Shown here: in pieces, positions 26,024 through 30,653 of the stretch
Layout: the number at the start of each line of letters is the position of its first letter
Numbering within the stretch: the stretch's first letter is position 1
Source: Ignavibacteria bacterium
Lineage (GTDB): Bacteria > Elusimicrobiota > Endomicrobiia > PHAN01
NCBI GenBank assembly: GCA_041694835.1
Contig: JBGFRZ010000013.1
Span: 1-30,653 of the forward strand
Direction: 5' to 3'
DNA: 30,653 nt
The notes under the pieces: generated by a model
Database searches by the model: none
What the model saw: the letters and a program-made list of their open reading frames with translations, nothing else
What the model was told of the DNA's origin: nothing
Program-made: the position numbers and the translations under genes

Positions 26024-26096
26024 GGGCCTATAGCTCAGCTGGTAGAGCACCTGACTTTTAATCAGGGTGTCGAAGGTTCGAATCCTTCTAGGCTCA
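26024..26096 (+). tRNA. tRNA-Lys(TTT)
   Basis: Acceptor gggccta/taggctc, anticodon arm cctga-ctTTTaa-tcagg, T loop ttcgaat. Confidence 0.96.
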
Positions 26097-26101
26097 CTTT
26101 T

Positions 26102-26180
26102 AGTAGATAGTAGATGGCAGATAGGGAGCAGGAGAGAAATAGTTCTTTTCCTGACTACTATCTGCTAATGCCTATCTACT
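26102..26180. repeat. Inverted TAGATAG/CTATCTA repeat spacer between the two tRNAs
   Basis: agtagatag (26102-26110) / ctatctact (26172-26180); gcagatag (26117-26124) / ctatctgc (26158-26165). Confidence 0.75.
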
Positions 26181-26189
26181 GAATTTTTT

Positions 26190-26262
26190 GCCCCCATCGT
26201 CTAGAGGCCTAGGACACAGCCCTTTCAAGGCTGCGGCAGGGGTTCGAATCCCCTTGGGGGTA
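26190..26262 (+). tRNA. tRNA-Glu(TTC)
   Basis: Acceptor gccccca/tgggggt, D arm gtctagaggcctaggac, anticodon arm cagcc-ctTTCaa-ggctg, T loop ttcgaat. Confidence 0.95.
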
Positions 26263-26421
26263 ATTCTCACTCGATAATCTTCTATTAAAATCGCCGCAAA
26301 AATCTATCGACAAATATTCCAGCATTAGTTTATAATTTTTATATTTGCTCTCGCATCTTAACAGGATATGCCGGCACTCTTCTCAAAGTCGATATGTTAA
26401 GAGTTTTTGCATTTTTTTATT

Positions 26422-26488
26422 AGTCAAACGCTTGACTTAACCATTAAAAAATGCTATAATTTCAACAATCAGTGAACTAAACCGGTTA
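26422..26488 (+). promoter_or_regulatory. Sigma70 promoter of the LacI gene with two candidate LacI-type operators
   Basis: TTGACT (26432-26437), N17, TATAAT (26455-26460) with an extended TG. Near-palindrome agtcaaacgcttgact (26422-26437) overlaps the -35; taaaccggtta lies at 26478-26488. Confidence 0.7.
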
Positions 26489-26510
26489 TGCACTTTTTAA
26501 TGAGTGTAAT

Positions 26511-27548
26511 ATGTCGTCGCCGACAATAATAGATGTCGCAAATGCCTGCAAAGTTTCACCTTCCACAGTGTCGCTGACTCTCAACGACAATCCAAGAATC
26601 CCTCTCACCACAAAAGAAAAAATCAGAAAAAAAATCAGCGAGTTAAACTACAAACCAAATTTAATAGCCCGTTCTCTGGCAAAAGGCAAAACGCAAATCA
26701 TAGCCGTTTTGATTCCTCCCGTTGAAAATGTGTTTTCAGATCCTTTTTATTCTATGGCACTTGATGGTATATACACAATCGCAAAAAATAATGGATATAA
26801 AATTGTCCTTGAAGTCGTCGATAAAAGTTTTTGGCTTAAAAAAGAATACGAAAAATTATTCGCTGACAGGTTGATTGAAGGCGTAATATTCCTCGGCGGA
26901 ATTGCCCGGGAACATAGAGAGCTTCATAAATTATCCAATTCATACGGATATGTACTCGTCGGAGAAAGCAGTTATATAGTTTCTAAGTCAAACAAAGTCC
27001 CGGTTGTGACTGGCGACAACTTCAAGGGCGGTTATTTAGCCACAAAATATCTCTTATCTTTGGGTCATAGAAAAATTGCTCACATACACGGTGATATGAG
27101 GGTTTTTTCCGTTTTGGAGAGATACCGCGGTTTCAGCCGTGCGCTGAAAGAATTTGATATCGTCTTGCACAAAGGATGGATTGCCACCGGCAAATTCAGG
27201 GAGTGGGATTCGTACCTTCAGGCGAAAAAGATTTTTTACGGCGAAGAACGTCCGACGGCAATTTTTGCCGGAAATGATGTTATGGCCCTCGGCGCAATAA
27301 GGGCAGTGAATGAATGCGGACTGAAAGTCCCTGACGACATTTCTGTTATAGGCATGGATGATATTCCTCTGGCGGCGACATCTTCTCCGCCACTTACGAC
27401 GGTCAAATATCCTATTTATGCCATGGCTTCTTATGCTACCGATGCTCTAATAAAAAAAGTAGAAGGTTCAGACATGAGAAATATAAAAAAAATATTTGAT
27501 GTTGCTTTAGTTGAACGACAAACTACCGCCATTTTGTCTCGAAAATAA
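26511..27548 (+). CDS. LacI-family transcriptional regulator
   Basis: HTH TIIDVANACKVSPSTVS, YKPNLIARSL, DNFKGGYLAT.YLLSLGHRKIAHI, PTAIFAGNDVMALG, VPDDISVIGMDD, PPLTTV. Confidence 0.96.
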   Translation: MSSPTIIDVANACKVSPSTVSLTLNDNPRIPLTTKEKIRKKISELNYKPNLIARSLAKGKTQIIAVLIPPVENVFSDPFYSMALDGIYTIAKNNGYKIVLEVVDKSFWLKKEYEKLFADRLIEGVIFLGGIAREHRELHKLSNSYGYVLVGESSYIVSKSNKVPVVTGDNFKGGYLATKYLLSLGHRKIAHIHGDMRVFSVLERYRGFSRALKEFDIVLHKGWIATGKFREWDSYLQAKKIFYGEERPTAIFAGNDVMALGAIRAVNECGLKVPDDISVIGMDDIPLAATSSPPLTTVKYPIYAMASYATDALIKKVEGSDMRNIKKIFDVALVERQTTAILSRK

Positions 27549-27569
27549 GGGAACTTTTGGGAGGCAACT

Positions 27570-28457
27570 ATGACTAAATTTAAATCTGTTATTGGTTGTT
27601 GCTTGTTTTTTGCTACCGCCTATTACTTATTTCCTGTTGCCTGTTTTTCGCAGGATATGAGAATGCGACTCACATCCACCGACGGTTCAACGAGTTTTCA
27701 GGTTCAAAATGCCGCCGATGTGGGTGTTGCAACCATCACATCCAGGGGCGAAGCAATTTTTCTTGGTTCTGCAACAGTTCAAGGCGGCTCAATAAAATTG
27801 GGAACAGCGTCGCCTGCCGTGCTAATTTCCTCCACCCAGACGGGAACGCCGTCAAGCGGACTAAACATCTCAACACATACAAAGGTTGACGGACAACTTA
27901 TCGTCACCGGCTCTACCACGATTCAAGGGATAGATGGTTTGACAATTGGCACCGGGGGTCGTCGTATTACAGATGATTCAAGCCGTGGTGAGACTCGCTT
28001 TTCTTCCAGTGTTTATATTGTGGGAGATCTTTATGGAGGAGGGAATGTCAGGATGCCCGTAGTCGTCTCAAGCAGCGCCAGGGCAACTGATTGGGTGGAC
28101 TCAGCCGATAATACCACTGACACGGATGTGGAAGGAATGAGTGTTACGCTCAATGTGCCGTTTGCGCCTGCGCTGATTTTTGGACAGGCTGTTATAAGGC
28201 ACAATGGTGGTGGCGGCGGCGTTGAGATTCAAGTCACTCACTTGTTAAATATTGCTGGAAATGTTGTGAGTGAAGCTGGATATCATGGGCATACGGGCAC
28301 CAATGATGCAAAACACCATACTGCTTCTGTCTCTGGAGCTTGGCGCGTTACTTCTCCCGGGAATTATATTGTTAAAGCACAATATAGAGTTGGCGGTGGG
28401 ACTGGTTTTTGGAGCGGACCGAGAAACATTTTAGCCTATGCGCTACCAACTCAGTGA
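27570..28457 (+). CDS. Secreted fibre-like (phage tail-fibre/adhesin-like) protein
   Basis: Signal peptide ends ACFS; G/S/T-rich beta repeats; C-terminal beta-sandwich-like tip (TDVEGMSVTLNVP...GNYIVKAQYRV). N-terminal domain shared with the ORF at 29600. RBS ggagg. Confidence 0.6.
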   Translation: MTKFKSVIGCCLFFATAYYLFPVACFSQDMRMRLTSTDGSTSFQVQNAADVGVATITSRGEAIFLGSATVQGGSIKLGTASPAVLISSTQTGTPSSGLNISTHTKVDGQLIVTGSTTIQGIDGLTIGTGGRRITDDSSRGETRFSSSVYIVGDLYGGGNVRMPVVVSSSARATDWVDSADNTTDTDVEGMSVTLNVPFAPALIFGQAVIRHNGGGGGVEIQVTHLLNIAGNVVSEAGYHGHTGTNDAKHHTASVSGAWRVTSPGNYIVKAQYRVGGGTGFWSGPRNILAYALPTQ

Positions 28458-28549
28458 GCAAAATGCCATGCAATTAGATTCCCAGTGAGAATTGGGGACG
28501 GTCCTCAATTACTTGGAATTGGGGTTACTTCTAATTTCACACACCCCTG

Positions 28550-28573
28550 TATCCCCTCTTATTAGAGGGGATA
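28550..28573. repeat. Perfect REP-like hairpin
   Basis: tatcccctct-tatt-agaggggata. Confidence 0.7.
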
Positions 28574-28842
28574 AAAGCCATAGGAAAATGGGGATGGTTC
28601 CTGATAAAGCAGGTAGAAGGGTAGATGCAGGTAATCAGTAATCGGTTATCGGTAGCGGCGGGATTGGCATCCCGCAAAAAGCAAGAGCACAAGTGCATAA
28701 TGGCAGATGTAGTCGCAAGCGCTGATGTAAAATCAGCGATTACAGGGTTGAGAAAATCAGCCAGGCAAGATTGACAACTACAAAACTCGTTGTTGGTTAC
28801 TGATTAATTGTGGCGGGTAAAGTTAAAGGTTGGAAAGATGAA

Positions 28843-29109
28843 TTATTTTCTGAAAAAAACAAATAATGTTCCAACAATAGCCCAGAATTGCCCGAATATA
28901 AAAACAAACATCCACTTAATAATTCTGGCTTCACTCTCAGCAATTTTTGTTTCCATTTGGGTAATTCTTTTTTCAAATCGTTCCCCTGCGCGCTCAAGCA
29001 TTATTTCTTCTGATTTTGTCCCAGCTTTATCAAGTAATTCAACTAATGCTTACGCTCCTTCATCGCTAAGTTTTTCTCTGAGAATTTTTGGCAAAGCAAT
29101 GACAGTCAT
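28843..29109 (-). pseudogene. DUF1640/CCDC90-like coiled-coil membrane-anchored protein with a premature stop
   Basis: Minus strand MTVIALPKILREKLSDEGA*ALVELLDK...ERFEKRI...EARIIKWMFVFIFGQFWAIVGTLFVFFRK*. TAA at codon 20 (29052-29050); RBS aaggagg upstream. Confidence 0.75.
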
Positions 29110-29140
29110 AAATTATACCTCCTTTCTATTTCTGAAAATG

Positions 29141-29169
29141 ATTATAACAAAAAATATGGATTTTGTCAA
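29141..29169 (-). promoter_or_regulatory. Consensus sigma70 promoter of the DUF1640-like gene
   Basis: Minus strand TTGACA (29169-29164), N17, TATAAT (29146-29141) with a TGn extension. Confidence 0.85.
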
Positions 29170-29599
29170 TAAGAAAAACAGAGAATTAGTGAATTAGAGA
29201 TTAGAATTGCGACACTGTCTGAAAGGGAGAAGCAAAATTTCCCCTTTGTCCCACTTTTTCAAAGGGGAAAACTAATGTGTGTCCCATAAATCTCCTAACA
29301 TTTGATTGTTCGTCGGTAAAGATTGTTAAAAGCCCTTTTATCAGGGATTCAAATGTAAAGAACTGTCAGGGACACCACACTAAGGGGGATTTGAAATAGA
29401 GAAGATAGGGACAGCGATTATTTTTTTAGCGAATGACGGGAAGCGGTAGCTTTTCTTGTAAAATTTTTAAATTAGAGAAACCTGTACGGAAAAATATTGG
29501 AATATTGGAGCGGTTTCTATATTTTAACAGTACCTTAAAATTCTCTAAATCTTTGAAGCAGAATATAAAGCCGCCCCAATGCTTAATGGGAGGTTAAAT

Positions 29600-30653
29600 A
29601 TGTCTACTTCAAAGAACAAATTTTTGACAGGAGTAAAGTTATTGGTCATGGGCATGGCTTTCAGGAACATTCTCTATTCGTCGCCTGTGGATATGAGAGT
29701 AGAACTAATCTCATCCGACGGCTCTACACGATTTGAAGTGCAAGATTCTGCCCAAGCTCGAGTGATGTCAGTTGATTCCGACGGAAATGTAGTTGCTCTT
29801 GGCACTTTCACAGTTAGAGTAATTGGAAGCACAAGTAATGTAACTATTCTTTTGGATACTGATAACAATGAAGATGCGGAGTTTATAATAAATAACTCAG
29901 CAGGACTTGCATGTTTTGTTATTAGGGAAGATTTTAATTTTTGGCCAAGAGCATTCGAAAGGAGGTTTTACGACGATGCAGCGAACTTCACCCTTGGGAT
30001 AAGCACACATGCATATATAGCGGGTGACTTAGCGGTAGGCGCAGCATTCCCGAATAGATTAGAATTCTGGAGTGGCACAGGTGATATGCGTGTAGGTGGT
30101 GGAGATATCCAGATAGGTCCGAGCTGGGGAAGACGTATTTATGATGATGCGGCTAATTATACGCTTGGAGTAAGCACAAATTTATATGTAGCAGGTAGAG
30201 TCCATGCAGGTAGTTCATTTAGATTAGGCACAACTGCTACCGCAGGACAGGTACTTACGACTAATGCAGATGGTATAGGCACCTGGCAGGCAGCCGCAGG
30301 TGTAACATTGCCAATAGATGCAAGAGGCGATAGTGCAGTAATAGTCAGCACTGGTGATGTCCGTGTCAGGGTTGATAGTGATGGTAACGAGGACAAGGCA
30401 TTTGTAGTAGCGGATAGCGGGAACAATGCGATTTTTGCAGCGATAGAGCGAGCAGGTGTTAGTGGTTCTGGCGAGGTTCATTTAGGTAATTATTCACGCA
30501 GAATGTATGATGACCCGACAAATAGGCTATTAGGGATAAGCACACATGCATATATAGCGGGTGACTTAGCGGTAGGCGCAGCATTCCCGAATAGATTAGA
30601 ATTCTGGAGTGGCACAGGTGATATGCGTGTAGGTGGTGGAGATATCCAGATAG
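29600..30653 (+). CDS. Secreted fibre-like repeat protein, 3'-partial (not in the ORF track)
   Basis: ATG at 29600 after ggaggt; open to the window end. MSTSKNKF...DMRVELISSDGSTRFEVQD, three RRxYDD...LGxSTxxYxAG repeats, and GQVLTTNADGIGTW (a fibre-like motif). Confidence 0.8.
   Translation, partial: MSTSKNKFLTGVKLLVMGMAFRNILYSSPVDMRVELISSDGSTRFEVQDSAQARVMSVDSDGNVVALGTFTVRVIGSTSNVTILLDTDNNEDAEFIINNSAGLACFVIREDFNFWPRAFERRFYDDAANFTLGISTHAYIAGDLAVGAAFPNRLEFWSGTGDMRVGGGDIQIGPSWGRRIYDDAANYTLGVSTNLYVAGRVHAGSSFRLGTTATAGQVLTTNADGIGTWQAAAGVTLPIDARGDSAVIVSTGDVRVRVDSDGNEDKAFVVADSGNNAIFAAIERAGVSGSGEVHLGNYSRRMYDDPTNRLLGISTHAYIAGDLAVGAAFPNRLEFWSGTGDMRVGGGDIQI
29996..30653 (+). repeat. Exact 121-bp direct repeat inside the last ORF
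   Basis: 29996-30116 is identical to 30533-30653 (gggataagcacacat...atccagatag); the second copy reaches the window end. Confidence 0.93.

Noticed and set aside
28808-29197. 129-aa plus-strand ORF
   Set aside because: It is the antisense shadow of the minus-strand DUF1640-like pseudogene, which has the promoter and RBS.
26024-30653. Prophage or integrative island at tRNA-Lys/tRNA-Glu
   Set aside because: No integrase, phage structural genes or duplicated tRNA 3' end are seen, and the fibre-like proteins have signal-peptide-like N-termini, unlike phage tail fibres.

Overview
Bacterial chromosomal window; gene content and surface-protein style suggest a diderm such as Elusimicrobiota, which is an inference only. 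The left half (209-13615) is one co-oriented cluster: a 2278-aa secreted multi-domain surface protein ending in a T9SS/FlgD-like C-terminal sorting domain, a PorV/PorQ-like beta-barrel fused to TPRs, a natural FliF(ring-building motif)-FliG fusion, MotA, and two MotB paralogs. The second MotB has Asn in place of the essential ion-binding Asp. No other flagellar genes and no PorK/L/M/N (GldK/L/M/N) genes are in the window. This looks like a repurposed, flagellum-less rotor/stator motor linked to T9SS-like surface-protein export, and it is the best candidate for an undescribed system. Two four-helix-bundle (23S rRNA-IVP/Avd-like) genes are each bracketed by inverted arrays of 7-8-mer tandem repeats. 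Gene-less versions of these purine-then-pyrimidine repeat cassettes sit at many gene junctions and also encode the signal peptides of neighbouring secreted proteins. The middle holds a 1115-aa split DHH phosphoesterase-like protein, tRNA-Val with an IS3 remnant, thrS, a DinG-family helicase, a Na+/Ca2+ antiporter and argG. The right end is an accessory region: a decayed Phd/RelE module, an intact BrnT/BrnA module, REP-like hairpins, tRNA-Lys and tRNA-Glu, a LacI regulator, two related fibre-like secreted proteins (the second truncated at a 121-bp exact repeat) and a DUF1640-like pseudogene. All calls come from reading motifs by eye; no database searches were run.
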